A stretch of DNA of 64,000 nucleotides, from contig OY253678.1 in NCBI GenBank assembly GCA_958009085.1, positions 248,001 through 312,000 on the forward strand, written 5' to 3'. A program made the position numbers and the translations under genes. How positions within the stretch are numbered: the stretch's first letter is position 1; the number at the start of each line of letters is the position of its first letter. The notes under the pieces were generated by a model. It did no database searches. It had not been told where the DNA came from and saw only the letters and a program-made list of their open reading frames with translations. Below, piece by piece: positions 1 to 12,045 of this stretch. The DNA is from Protoeuglena noctilucae. Lineage: Eukaryota.

Positions 1-8
1 GCGGCGTG

Positions 9-3000
9 TCACTTCCCCATCTGGCTGCCCATGATTCCAAACTGAGTCATGCCGGACCGCGTCTTCTGCAAGCGCCGGGAGGGGTCGCGACGTGTGAGCT
101 CGTGGCGCGTGGCGTGCATTTTTAGCCCAGCCTTTCTAAGCCGCCACCCACCTCGGCAGGGAAAGTCTGCAGGCCAGCGACGTTGTTGAGGTTCGAAGTC
201 ATGCGATTCAGCTTCTCCCGGGGCATCAGGGGCTTGGAGGTTGCTCGCTGTGGGAGGGCGTTGACCTTGTGCCAGGGCTGCACCCCAGGCGCGCCACCCG
301 GGGGTTCCGACGGTGAAGGCAGCGACCCGACCTGAGATAACAGGTCACCATTGCTGGAGTTGAGGAAGTGCCACGAGCCAGGCAGCGCCCATGGTGCCGC
401 AGGCAGCACGCCACCCATCACGTACCTGCAGCGCCTTGCTCGGTCCAGGGATTCCGCCGCTGTTTTGCCTGGTGGATCCAATCTTTTGCAGGGCGGGAGG
501 AGGGCGGGGTCTGCAGGTGACAAGACGGGTCTGCCGTCGGCTGTGGACCCCGTCAAGCCTCCTGCCCGCATCCACAGCTTGACGCCTCACCTCCCCGCCG
601 CGCCCCTCCCCGGAGCCCCAGGCAGGGAGCTCGGAGTGGCGGCCCCTCCCGCCACCCCTCCCGAGCCCGCGCGCTCCACCGGCCCCGCCGTGGCCCGCGC
701 GTTGCTGGGGCCCACCGAGAGGAGGTTGCCTCCCGAGGCAGGCACCTCCAGGGAGCGCCCGCTGGGGCCGCTCGATGCGAGGAGGGCGTCCGAGGACAGC
801 CCCGCGCCCACGGAGCTCCTCAGGGAGTGCCCCCGGGAGAGCGCGGCCGACGGGGTGGCCGAGCTGCGCCCGGGCACGGCGGGGGAAGAAGCCACGGGCT
901 CCGACGCGCGCGCCGGCCCGACGCCCAGGCCCAGCTGCATCTGCGTCGCGCCCTTCCGCAGCATCCCCTGGCCCCTGCTGGCCGCCCCGAAGCCCATGCC
1001 CGTGCCGCCCCCCGCCCCCGCGGCCGGGCGCCCCGGCAGCCCCTGCAGGGACATGCTGAGGGGGTTGGCCGCCGCGGGCTTGGCCGCCGCCCCGCCGAGG
1101 GAGCTCGTCGAAAGGGCCGCGGAGCTGCTGCGCATGGGCCGGGCGCTCTTGTCCTGCGCGGCGCGCAGCAGCGGGTTGACTGGGGCCGCGTCCGGCGACT
1201 GCATCTGCGTCGGGCTCGGGCTCGGCTGGGCGCTGTCCCCCGCGCTCTCCTGGGACTCGCCCCCCTCTGCGTCGCCCGGGAACCCGTCCTCGTCCGGCAG
1301 CGCGATGCCCAGCTCGCTGTTCTTCATCTTCTGCTTGAAGACGTTCCGCGCAATGTGCTTCATCTGCGCCGCCATCTGGCGCTCCCGCAGCTTGGAGTCG
1401 GCCGCCACCCTCTCCTCGGCCTTCTTGCCCCGCTCCTCGCGGCGCCGGGCCGCCTCCTCCCGCCTGCGCGCGCAGGGACCGACGGCTAGTCCGCTCCACG
1501 CCCCCCGAGTGCCGGCGCCACACAGGGCCCCCGCCCAGCGCCCCGCCCCTCACTTTCGCTCCTGGTCCTTGAGGGACGCGAGGTACTTGCGGTGCTTCTC
1601 GGCCTTCTCCTCCTCCAACTGCAGCCGCTTGCGGATGGCCAGCCACATGCGCACGTTCTTCTGGATCACGACCGCCGCGTTCTCCTTCACACTGCGGGAG
1701 GGCAAGCCGAGGAACTCGATGCCGCGCGGCTTCCTGGGCGGGCGGCATGGAGCCCTCCCCCAGTCTCTCCCCATCCGCACCGCATGCTCTCGAGCTGCCG
1801 CCGCGCGTAGACCCTCGCGGCCTCGCTCCGCTGCTTCTGGAGCTTGTTGAACTCGGCGGCGCGCTTGTCCCGCTGGTCGACCTGCTTGGTGTGCTGGATG
1901 ACCGTGAGGTGGTGGTGAATGTCGTCGTTCACCACGTTCTCGGCCACCTGCATGTAGAGCTCCATGGCCCTCCTCTGCTCGTCGGACGGGCCCTTGCGCT
2001 TCGCCCCCACCACCACCGTCTTCTTCCCGAAGCTCCCCCCCCTTCTTCATCTGGCCCAGCTTCTGCCGCATGGACGGCGTGCGCACGATGCCCATGCCGT
2101 CGCGCTTCCCCTTCCGCTCGTCCAGGTAGCCCTCCTTCTCCGCGTTCGCCATATCCTCCTCCAGCTGCAGGCACGCGCGCGGGGGCGGCGTCGGGGCCGG
2201 CGGGGCAGCGGGAGCGACGACCGCAGGCATGCGGCACACCACGCCCGGCCCAGCGGGGGAGAGCCCGCCCACCTTCTTCGCAGCGACCAGGAGCTGTTTG
2301 GCGGAGAAAGCGGCCTTCAGGCGGGCCAGGGCCTTGGACGCCCCCCGCACCGTCCGCACGTTGCGCTTGGAGCGCTTGGTGTGCTCGGCCTCCGGGTCGT
2401 CGTCTGCGCGGGCTTGGAGGGACGCCATCTCTCGCGACCGGCAGCGGCTCCTGCCGCGGGTCAGTCTCCAGGGACCCCCCCGCGCCTCACCCGCCACGCC
2501 GCCCTCCACAATGAGGTCCCGGACATTCTGGGTGACCTTGGCGCTCAGCGCGCGGAGCAAGGAGGGCTTGGATGCGGTGCGATGCCGTAGGATTGCTCTC
2601 CCGTTTGTCGAAAGAGGTTTCCTTCGCTCCCTGCGCATCGACGGAGAGATCGCTCAGAACCACAGCCAGCCAGCGCGAGGCACCCTCCGTGGCCCCACAC
2701 GTCCAACACGCGCGGTTTCTCGCCTGTGCTCGTCGTACGCCGCCTCCAGCTCATCCAACCCATCCACATCCTGCGCCCAGGCCTGCGGGGCGCGAACCAC
2801 GGGTCGCATGGCTTGCAAAGGCGAAGGGGCAACCGTGCATTGGTCCTCTGACGCCCCGTGACCTTCTCACCTGGTCCTTCTCCCCGAGCTTCTCCTTCTT
2901 CAACCCCTTGATGAGGATGGCGTCTCCGTCACGCTCCTCCGCGGCCCCGTTCGCCGCATCGCTCGCCGCAGACCGGCCGGGACCTTCGCTGGGAGCCTGC

Positions 3001-3277
3001 GGGGGCGCGCCGCGTCTCTGTTGCCACGATGCCTGCAACGCCCGTCCCAGCAGATGCGCAGCACCAGCTGTCGTTCGCAGCCCCGCACCTCGCTGGCGAG
3101 CGAGCGCTGGCTACTCGACTTCTTCGCCAGGGACCGCCGCGACGACTTGTTGGCGACGAGTTGCTTTCGGGACGGAGCCCGGGACGTTGGTAAGGAACGC
3201 CCTCCGTTCGCGCGCGGGGTCGAGTCCGGCGGCCCGCTCTCGGCCGGCTTCCCAGATGTCGGCGCCGCTCCTGACAT
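9..3277 (-). CDS. Multi-exon IQ-motif/coiled-coil protein with low-complexity tail (unknown function); apparent 1-nt frameshift in C8 run at 2035-2042
   Basis: Hand-spliced exons give an IQ motif (AAVVIQKNVRMWLAIRKR, ~1630-1680) and charged helical segments. GT/GC-AG junctions keep frame. Last exon KTRSGMTQFGIMGSQMGK* ends at 9. The start ATG at 3277 is a best guess. Confidence 0.6.
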
Positions 3278-4004
3278 GCCGCTCAGTGCCTGCACCGAGA
3301 GAAGATCGGCGTTCCTACATCACCTTGCGAATGTTCGGGGGCTCTAACGAGCGACCGCGACGGCGAAAGCAGCCAACCGGGGCAGGGGCCATGGCGGGCA
3401 TGCAGGCCGGGTTTGACGCGGCCACGCCCGCTTTGAGGGCGCATGCAGTGGACGACAGGACAAAGCATGTGATGGACGAGCGGAGACGGGAAGGTCGGCC
3501 CGGGCGGGCCTGCATACGCGAGCACGCCACCAGCGCCCCACCTGGCCTGCATCGGGCGGGCCGGCAGCTGCGTCGATAAGAAGCGCGCAAGCTCCCCGGT
3601 GGTGATAGACTATGCGCACGCAGTGACTTCAAGGGAGGAGGACGAAGAGATGCGGGGAAAGGCGGGTTCGTGTTTCACGCCTCTTCAGCCTCACGGGACG
3701 CAGCAACATGCATTAAATGTGTAACGTTCCACCACCGACGCGAGTGTTGCCCGAGTGGGGCCCCGGTCGTGCTGAACGACCACTTGCGGGTTACCCTTCC
3801 GCAAGTGGCCCCCGGGAGGGGCCTTTTCCGCTTTGCAGCGCTAGCCCATGGGGCGCTGACGAATACGGCTGAGTCCCTCGATCTCCCGCTTGCCCGCTGG
3901 CAAACCTCCTGATGATTGGATTGCATCCCCAAGCACGCCCGGCCTCTGCCGCGTCCAGCAGGCCTCCGCTGACGGCAGTCTACGTGCCAAGTGCTAGGCG
4001 CAGG

Positions 4005-5631
4005 ATGGCGAGTCCCTGCTGCTGATGCTGCTCAGAGACACGACCTCACCTGTACCCGACTGATGACGTGACCCCGGCTTGCCCCCATCCAGGCATGCTG
4101 CGCCGGCGCAGTCGCAGCGGACACTGACAGGAATGGCGCGAGCAGCTTGGACGGCGTCTCGCTGGCGGACGTCCGGCAGTATTACGGCAAGGTGATGCGA
4201 CGTTTGCAGGGACCCTGCCCTCTTTTTTGGTGTCCGCGCAGAGCGATCCGGCACCCTGCCCCGCCCGCAGGTGCTTCAATCCACCCGGGACCTAAAGACG
4301 AGCGTGTGCACCGCGTCCGGAAAGGTGCCTAGCAGCAGCGCCATCCCCGTGCAAGCGTGGTGCTGGCCAGGCATTCGATTCATTCCCCCTCCCCGCCCTC
4401 CGTCCTTCGCCCTGCTCCCTCCCCTTCTCCGCCTGACCCCTCTCCGCCTCGCCCCTGCAGCCGCACCCCTTGGTCCAGGAGGTGATCCGCCGCGTCCCGG
4501 AGCCCGTCCGCGCCAAGTTCTACGGCTGTGGGGCGCCCCTGCCGCTGGGGATCGAGGGTCTGAGGGTCCTGGACCTCGGCTCCGGCTCAGGGCGGGACTG
4601 CTACGTGTGCGCGGCCCTCGTGGGCGAGCGCGGCTCGGTCACGGGCATCGACATGACGGAGGAGCAGCTGGCCACGGCGCGGGAGCACGTGGACGAGTGG
4701 ACGCGGGCCCTGGGCTACCGCGAGCCCAACATGCGGTTCATCCGGGGGGAGATTGAGTACCTGGACCGCGCGGGCATCGCCGACGCCAGCGTCGACCTGG
4801 TCATCAGCAACTGCGTGATCAACCTCTCGCCGGACAAGCCCAGGGTCCTCCGAGAGGCGTACCGCGTGCTCGCGGACGGCGGCGAGCTGTACTTCAGCGA
4901 CGTGTACTGCGACCGGCGCCTGCCTGACGCCGTGCGCAAGGACAAGGTCCTCTGGGGGGATTGCATCGCGGGGGCCATGTACGCGGAGGATTTCCGGTGC
5001 GTTTCCGGGTCTCTCTGCATCGGTCAGCGAGTGCGTGTGCGTCGAATGCCGTGGGACCCCGGGGCCGCGGCATCAGTGCCCCTCGCTCGTCCGCCCCGCC
5101 CCCAGGAGGGAAGCTCAGCGCGTCGGGTTCACGGACCCTCGCGTACTGAGCTCGGCCCCCATCGACGTGTCGGATCCGGCGATCAAGGCCGTGGTGGGTG
5201 AGGCCAAGTTCTTCTCCATCACGTACCGGCTCTTCAAGGTGACCTGTCGCCCGCATGCATGGCGAGCTGCTCTAGCGACGGCAGCGAGAGGGCATCCTAC
5301 GACCTCCCCCCCGCCGTCGCAGCTCCCGCACGGGATGCTGGAGGACCGCTGCGAGGACTACGGCCAGTTCGTCATCTACAAGGGCACCGTCAAGGGCCAC
5401 GAAAGCGCCTACGAGCTCGACGACCACCACTACATCGTGAAGGGGAAGCCCTTCCTGGTGTGCGGCAACACCGCGGCCATGCTGGGGTACAAGGGCGTGT
5501 CGTGGCTGGCGCCGCACTTCGAGGTGCATGGGACCCAGGACGTGCACTACGGCCTGTTCCCGTGCGGCGACGCCCCCAACACGACGCCCGCGCAGCAGGG
5601 CGCCAACTGCAGCGGCGGCGCGTGCTGCTGA
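4005..5631 (+). CDS. AS3MT: Arsenite S-adenosylmethionine methyltransferase (ArsM/AS3MT)
   Basis: Exons 4005-4007, 4093-4191, 4271-4324, 4461-4996, 5106-5238, 5323-5631. Motifs VRQYYGKVL..DLKTSVC, KFYGCG, VLDLGSGSGRDC, ISNCVINL, WGDCIAGA, LEDRCEDYGQ, VCGNTA. Terminal Cys pairs (MACC...GACC*). Confidence 0.95.
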
Positions 5632-5649
5632 CCGCCTTGAAGTGTGTGC

Positions 5650-7014
5650 TTACGAGGCGGCCCGCTGCCAGCTCTGCAGGCCAAAGACCGAGGGGGCGTA
5701 GACCACGTCAGCCCCCTCCACGCATAGGCCCAAGGCGCGCACCCCTGCCACGCTGCGAATCTCGTCGTACAACGTCTTGTACTCGCACATCTCGCCGTCC
5801 AGCGACAAGCCAGGGTCGTAGAACTTCACATCCAAGATGTACTCCCCGTCCTGCACGCGCAATGCCGGTGTTGCGGTCGCAGCGGCGCTGTGGGAAGCAG
5901 TGCCGCCGTCCCTCGAAGCGCGGACCTCGCCTCAGTGACGTAGGGATTCGAGGTGGCCCTGGGGTCCGAGGTCGCGGCGCCCTCTGCTGCCCTCCGCCAG
6001 ACCTCGGCCTCGCCCAGCAACATGGTGTCAATCTCCTGCGGGGGCGCACTGGCTGCAGGGGCATGAATGCCCGCTGGCCCCCTCGCTGCTGCCCTGCTAC
6101 CTCCGGAAAGCTGCTCCCTCGCCTCGGCAGCCTCCTCCCACTTGTCGCCCCCCTCGATCACCACGGGAAGCACGCCCCCCAGGTTCTCCTTCAGCTTGCT
6201 TGCGTCGTCCACCAGCACGATCGTCTGCCTCGCCTTCTCCATCCCGTACAGCGCGTCGCGGATCTGCAGCTTACGACACGAGGCAGAGTGACGTGCTGGG
6301 GTTGTGCGTTGCTTCGGTGCCGCTGTCGCCCTTGCACTTGCCGAGCTGCGGCTTGCACCTGTGGGTTAGGCCCGCGCCCAAAGATGAACGACAGATCGGC
6401 CGGGTCCACCTCGTCCACCTCCTGCAGAGCGACGTCCCATTGGTCTGCGGAGACTCGCGGGCGCCCGTCACACGCCGGAGACCAGGACTGGCGGCCCCCG
6501 GTCAGCACTGCCGGCGGTCACCATGAGACCCGGGCATGTCGAGTCGAAGGCCATGGAAGGCGGCCTCGCTAGCGGTGACGACGTTGTTCGCCACAAACGT
6601 GCAATCCTTCAACGACCCTGCAGCCACCCGAGGTGCAGCCACTTCCAGGTGTTAACTCCACATAGCATGACCGTCAAGGGCTCGGGACTTCAGTTCACCT
6701 TCCGAGACTTTCTCAGCCAGGTACTTCACGATCAGGCCGATTAACCGGCCGCTCCCCAGCGAGATGGTCGTGCCGTCCACGACGTGCTCGTCCACCACGT
6801 ATCTCGCCATCAAGTGCCCGTCGTTGGAGTCACTGGAGGCGCATACTCGCGCCGTCCGGCGGGCTGCAAGTGCGCATCCGTGAGCGACAGCGTAGCCGGA
6901 GAACGATGGCATCGGACGCCTCGCCATCATCGCAACCCTTGCCACCGTCATCATCCGGCCGGGCCTCGGCGTCCCAGCGGGGGGCGCCAGGCCCACGATG
7001 CCGGCAGCGGCCAT
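5650..7014 (-). CDS. Ribose-5-phosphate isomerase A-like protein (plant RPI4 type), plastid-targeted
   Basis: GTTISLGSG, ASEAAFHGL, VDEVD, LPVVIEGGDKWEEAAE/EIDTMLLGEAEVWRR, NPYVTE/DGEYILDV, EIRSVAGV. Ala/Arg-rich transit-like N-terminus. Confidence 0.8.
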
Positions 7015-7304
7015 GGCTGGCAATCACTGTCGACTCCAGAGAACTCGCCGCCCATCCACGCGACGTCAGCAATCATGATGGACGACCCCAAACCGCTCGC
7101 TGGCATGTTCCGCTGGCACGGCCTGGCCCGGCCGCGCTCACCTCGGGGGCGCGCGTGCCCCACCGCCCTCTCTCTCCTCCCCGGACTCCCCTGCCTCTTG
7201 CCGGGAGCGGGACGTCGACTGTCCAGCCTCCGCCCACTCCCAGGCCCATCCACAACCGGGCCCGCCCCCCTGCCCGCGACCCGCGCGCGCGTTTGCTTCG
7301 CCCG

Positions 7305-9956
7305 ATGATGTCTTCGTGCCCCTGCGCGGCGGCCCACGCCGCGCTCGCGTGGATGTCGCGGCGGACGGTGGCCCGGGTGGCGGGGGACGCCGCGGCGGCC
7401 ATCAGCCGGCGCTCCTCCTCCGCGACGGCCTCCTCTTCTGCGCCGGACGCGTCGCGGGGGGACCGGGTCGTGAGGCACGCCGCGACTCGCGGGTGAGCGT
7501 CTGCCAGCGGCCGCCCGCGCCCGGGGGTGCCTCCCGCCCGGCCCAGCGAGCGATACGCGCCCGATGAATCGATGCCCGTCGCCGCGGTCCATCTATCTGC
7601 CCTCCGCCGGCGAACCGCTGCCCGGTTGCCTGTCTTTCGGGTCGGGGCTCACCCGTCGCCGGCGCCCGTCTGCGGGGCCCGTTGCCGCTTTATACCGGCG
7701 CTTTGGATGTCATTGTTCGCCGTGGCTGGGGCGCGCGGCCGTCTCGGGAGCCGGGGCCGAGCTCTCCCCTCGCAGGCGGGGCAAGCACCACGTCGAGGCC
7801 CTCGTGCTGAAGGAGCGCGTCCTGCACGACACGGATGCCTTCCTGGCCGAGTTCGTCGACGCGAAGGACATCGGGGCCGACGTGGCGACGGCAGAGGAGC
7901 TCGTGGAGCTGGACGCGAGCATGCGGGACATGGAGGAGCATCTGGGGGAGTGGGAGGAGTACATGTCGTTCGTTCAAGTGAGCCGCGCCGCAGGGCCGTC
8001 CCGCTCCGCCGCTGAGTAGGCCACGGGGCCTGCGCCACGACGCCGGTCGCCCGATTCCCTCTGTCGCGAGCTGCCGGTGTCGGTTTTAGCGCCGTGTGAG
8101 GTTCCGTGCCCGGTGGGGCTCTCGAGAGGCCTCGGCCGGGCGACGCCCGCCCTCAAGCTCGTCATCCGTTTGCCGCTCCCCTGCGGCCGGCCCGCTGGGG
8201 CCCGCGCACCTCAATACGGGCGTTTTTGATCTGCCGAGCGCGATGTTCCGTCCTCGCGGACTCCCCGCGTCTCGTCGGCGCGAGGCGGCGACGTTCCCCT
8301 GCCCCTGGCCCGCAGGACATGGCGCCGAGCAAGGAGGCGCGGGAGCTTTTGGAGCGCCAGTACCGGTCGCCTTCGGCACGAGTCGAGCCTCCGGCGCTCG
8401 CGGATGTCCCGCGGGAGCACCGGGTGGCGGCGACGTCGCTGGCGGCCGGGCTGCGTCCGCTGCGGCTGGAGGCCCCCCCCGCGCCGGCGGGCCCCGCCGC
8501 GGCGGTGGCGGCGCGGCCGGCTGGCGCGAGGCCGCGGACCAGGACTCAGCGGTCGCGGGGGTGGGGCGCCGAGCAGCGCGTGCCCGAGGACCTGCAGAAG
8601 ATGCGAAGCGCGGTGGCGCGGGGCCTGCGCAAGGCGCCGCAGGAGCGGGGGGGCGGGGGAGGCGATGAAGGTGTTCCTGAAGCAGATCGGGCGGCACACG
8701 CTCCTGAGCGCGGAGGACGAGTGCCGGCTGTCCAAGCACGTCCAGGACCTGATGGCGCACGAGCAGGCGCGGGCGGCGCTGGCCGTCGAGCTGGGCCGCG
8801 AGCCGACCGAGGCGCAGTGGGCGGAGCGCGTGGGCTTGAAGGTGGAGGAGCTGCGGGAGGCGCGGCACCTCGGGACCGAGTCGAAGCAGCGGATGATCGA
8901 GTGCAACCTGCGCTTGGTGGTGTCGATTGCCAAGCGCTACGTGGGGCGGGGCATGGAGCTGCAGGACCTGGTGTCCGAGGGCATCCTGGGCCTCGTGCGC
9001 GCGGTGGAGAAGTTCGACTACACGCGCGGCTTCAAGTTCTCCACCTACGCGCACTGGTGGATCCGCCAGGGGGTGACGCGCTCCATCTCGGAGCAGTCGC
9101 GCGTGGTGCGCCTGCCCGTGCACCTGTACGAGATCATGTCCAAGGTGCGCAAGACGGAGCGGGAGCTGGCCATCTCGCTGGGGAGGGACCCCACGCACGA
9201 GGAGCTCGCCGAGGCCACGGGGATGCCCGAGTCCAGGATCACCATGCTGTTCAAGGTGCGGGGAGCGCGCGCCCTCTCTTGCCGCGTGCGCACGGCCGGC
9301 CGCGCCCCTGCCCCCCCCCCCGACATTACCCGAGCCACGCGGCCCGCAGGCGTACCGCACGCCCACGTCGATGGACGCGCCCATCAAGAACGACGAGGGC
9401 GCGTCGCTGATGGAGCTGGTGGAGGACGAGTCGCAGGCGTCGCCCGAGGAGTCGGCCGTGGCCACGCAGCTCCAGTCGCACCTGGACGAGCTGCTCAACA
9501 CGCTCAACGAGCGCGAGAGGGGCATCCTGCGGCTGCGGTACGGCCTGGACGACGGCCACGAACGCACCCTCGAGGAGATCGGCAAGCACTTTAACGTGAG
9601 GCCGCGCGCGTGTGGATGTGCGGGAGCGGGGCCAGCAAGGTCCAGCGCGTGCACGGCGGGTCATTGGACTGCGTGCCTTGGCACGTCTAGAGACCTTGCG
9701 AGAGCGGCCTCGGGGCCGTTTGAGGTGTGGGCGGGCGTCCACCAGCCCCCCGCGCCATAGAAGCCCCGGACACACTTGCGTCGCGCAGGTCACGCGGGAG
9801 CGCATCCGCCAGATCGAGGCCAAGGCCATCCGGCGGCTCAAGAGCCGCGACCGGAGCGCGGTGCTGCTCGAGTACACGTCGTGCGGGGACATGAGCGTGG
9901 AGCAGGCGCTGGCCCCCGCGACGCGGCGGCCCGGGCTGGGTCGGCCGGGCCGATGA
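7305..9956 (+). CDS. SIG1: Plastid RNA polymerase sigma-70 factor; apparent 1-nt frameshift in G7 run at 8647-8653
   Basis: Region 1.2 [16 protein letters not shown], region 2 [12 protein letters not shown]...[14 protein letters not shown], region 3, region 4 [23 protein letters not shown]. Upstream exons (transit peptide from 7305; exon ending 7977) splice in frame to the exon starting 8316. Confidence 0.9.
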
Positions 9957-10055
9957 GGCGCGCGGCGACGACGTAGCACGCTCCAACCAGGCGGCGCCCA
10001 ATGCGCCGCCAGCGCGCCCCCACCGCGGACTCTAATCAGCGCAGCAGCGCGCCCC

Positions 10056-11871
10056 CTAGCCTGTGCCGGCGCCGCAGCGGAACGCTGCCCCTGGCAAGCC
10101 ATGGCGCTTGAAGATGCACCCCTGGATGAAGAGGCCCGCCACGTCTGCCACAAGGATGCCCGACGTGTTGGCCATGGCTGCCATGTACAGGCTGGACTCC
10201 TGCATGTGACCCAACAAGTCGGCATAGATCGCAAATCGCGAGGAAGATGGAACGTCGGTGGCGGCGCAGGCCGCGTCGGGATCGAGGCAGCTGCGGGACG
10301 CACCTTGGCTTCCGGTCGTGTGTGGCTGGCGATGAGGGTGAAGGCAGTGACGTACACGCCCCCTCCCAACAACCCCGTGACGAGGCAGAGGGACAGGAGG
10401 CTCCAGCTCTGCCACCACTGCCACAGCGCATTCGCGATAAAGAACACCAGCAGGCACGCCTGGGCGGTCGGCATAATCCACAGCCATTCCAGCCCGAGGT
10501 GCCAAAACATCCCGCTCGACTGCGGGGGAGAGAGCATGAAACAGATTAGCTGGCTCAGGTCCATTATGACACCAAAAGCAGTTGTGCGCCCGAGTCGCGA
10601 GCTCACGCGCGCCAAGAAGACACCCAGCTGGTACATCCACGTCGCGAACTCGTAAGCGAGCTCGCGTCGGTATCGATCTGTGACGGGGAACCCCATCGCC
10701 GACCATGGACCCGTCTGCATCGCGTACTCGGCCGCATACACCACGAAAAGTGGCACCATGAACATCCAGAGGGGGCGCCTGAGGCCACCGACCGCCTTGT
10801 CTCTGCACGATAGGGAGGCGCGACGTAGGCCATTGCTGAGGCTGGCCAGGCAGGCTCTCCCTCGTCATCCCTCTCGCGACTCACATGCTGCGCTCCTCCT
10901 CCCACCCCTCCCCCTCCACATCGCGGCCTGTGCTGGATGCCCTGCTGTCGGTGGCGGCACGGGCCCGCGGACGAACGCCGAGGGACTCTGCGGCGGGGAG
11001 CGGCGACCCCCGCCCCAGCAGCGGCTCGCGGTCTGCCCCCACGGCGTCGGTGTCAGGGGCGCCCTCGCATCCTGCCTCGGCCGTGGGCTCGGACGGGCGC
11101 AGGCTGGTCCCCAGCCCGCGCGCGCTGTCCAGGGTCCGCGGATGCTCGAGGGCAAAGGAAAAGGTCCACCACCATCCGGCAGCCAGACACGTGGCCCCCA
11201 GCAGCACCGTCGTGAAGCTCAGGCCGAGCATGTAGTGCCCCACGGCGACCCACGCGTACCCAAACACCCCAGCGAACCCCGTCCCAGACGCCCACATGGC
11301 AATGGCGTCGCTGCTCGGGGAGAAATGGGCGGCGAGAGCGAGGCAGTTGGGCTCCCTGCGGCGATGCGATGGGAAGGGCGTTTGGTATGCATTGGTAGGG
11401 GTATGGCGGCGCACATGCACCTGCCCTGCACTCACCCCAGGCCGCCTCCTGCGCTCGCCAGGGCCACGCCGAACAGCTGCCAGGGCAGAGATGGCGCCTA
11501 GGCCACGACCACCAGCGCACCTCCTGCGCTCAGGCAGGACCTGATGGAAGCCTTCAAAAGGCATTGACGCGCTCATGCGCGGGGACGGCCGCTCGTGCAC
11601 GCGCTGGCGCACCGAGGAGGGTGGAAACGAGGGCAGCTCGCCCCCGATACGTCGTGGTGTGGATCCACCAGGGACTTGAGGCCTGGAGGAGGAGCCCGGG
11701 GCCCACGCTCGCCAAAAAAACGAGCCCTACGCCGCTTTCCTTGATAAGCTTGGCACCCGCAAGCATGATGGCCCCGCATGAGTTGTTCAGGAGGCCGATG
11801 ACCCAAAACGCAGCCCGATTACGCACAGAGAGCGACGGCCCGTGCGGCCCGGGCGTCACGAGCGCCTGCAT
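10056..11871 (-). CDS. CLN3: CLN3/battenin (Btn1) MFS-like transporter with one in-frame TAG at 11498-11500
   Basis: AAFWVIGLLNN, GVALASAGGGLGE, WASGTGFAGVFG, MVPLFVVYAAEY, YQLGVFLARSSG, GLLGGGVYV. All junctions are in frame. Confidence 0.9.
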
Positions 11872-12045
11872 TCTCGTCAGGTTCAAAGCCTGAGCAACGC
11901 CCCCGAAAGGAGAATCAAGGCCAAAGAAATACCATCTCGGAACTAGGTCGCGAACAGTTCACGACCTAGCTCTTCTACGTGGACCCGAGCAGGATCTACA
12001 AATGCCGCGGGGCTCAAACGCATGCCGAAATGTAGGAATCGCGCC

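Noticed and set aside
4005..4035. ATG GCG AGT CCC TGC TGC TGA TGC TGC read as a selenocysteine motif (MASPCC-U-CC)
   Set aside because: It lies within the 85-nt GC-AG intron. The read-through frame does not join AS3MT and stops shortly after.
5620..5640. AS3MT terminal TGA as selenocysteine (CC-U-PP*)
   Set aside because: No SECIS is visible, the downstream sequence is the antisense CDS of the RPI-like gene, and CC* is a plausible natural end.
7564..8019. Separate small gene upstream of the sigma factor
   Set aside because: Its exons splice in phase into the sigma ORF (CAA|gtgagc at 7978 to cag|GAC at 8316), so it is the sigma N-terminus.
11710..11725. T-run (U UUU UUG) in CLN3 exon 1 as a frameshift bypassing the internal TAG
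   Set aside because: Conserved CLN3 sequence stays in the same frame on both sides of the TAG, so a frameshift could not rescue it.
10056..11871. Genome-wide TAG/TAA reassignment (ulvophyte-type code)
   Set aside because: Only one internal TAG was found. TAG and TAA terminate well-conserved genes (CLN3, cyclophilin, HpcH).
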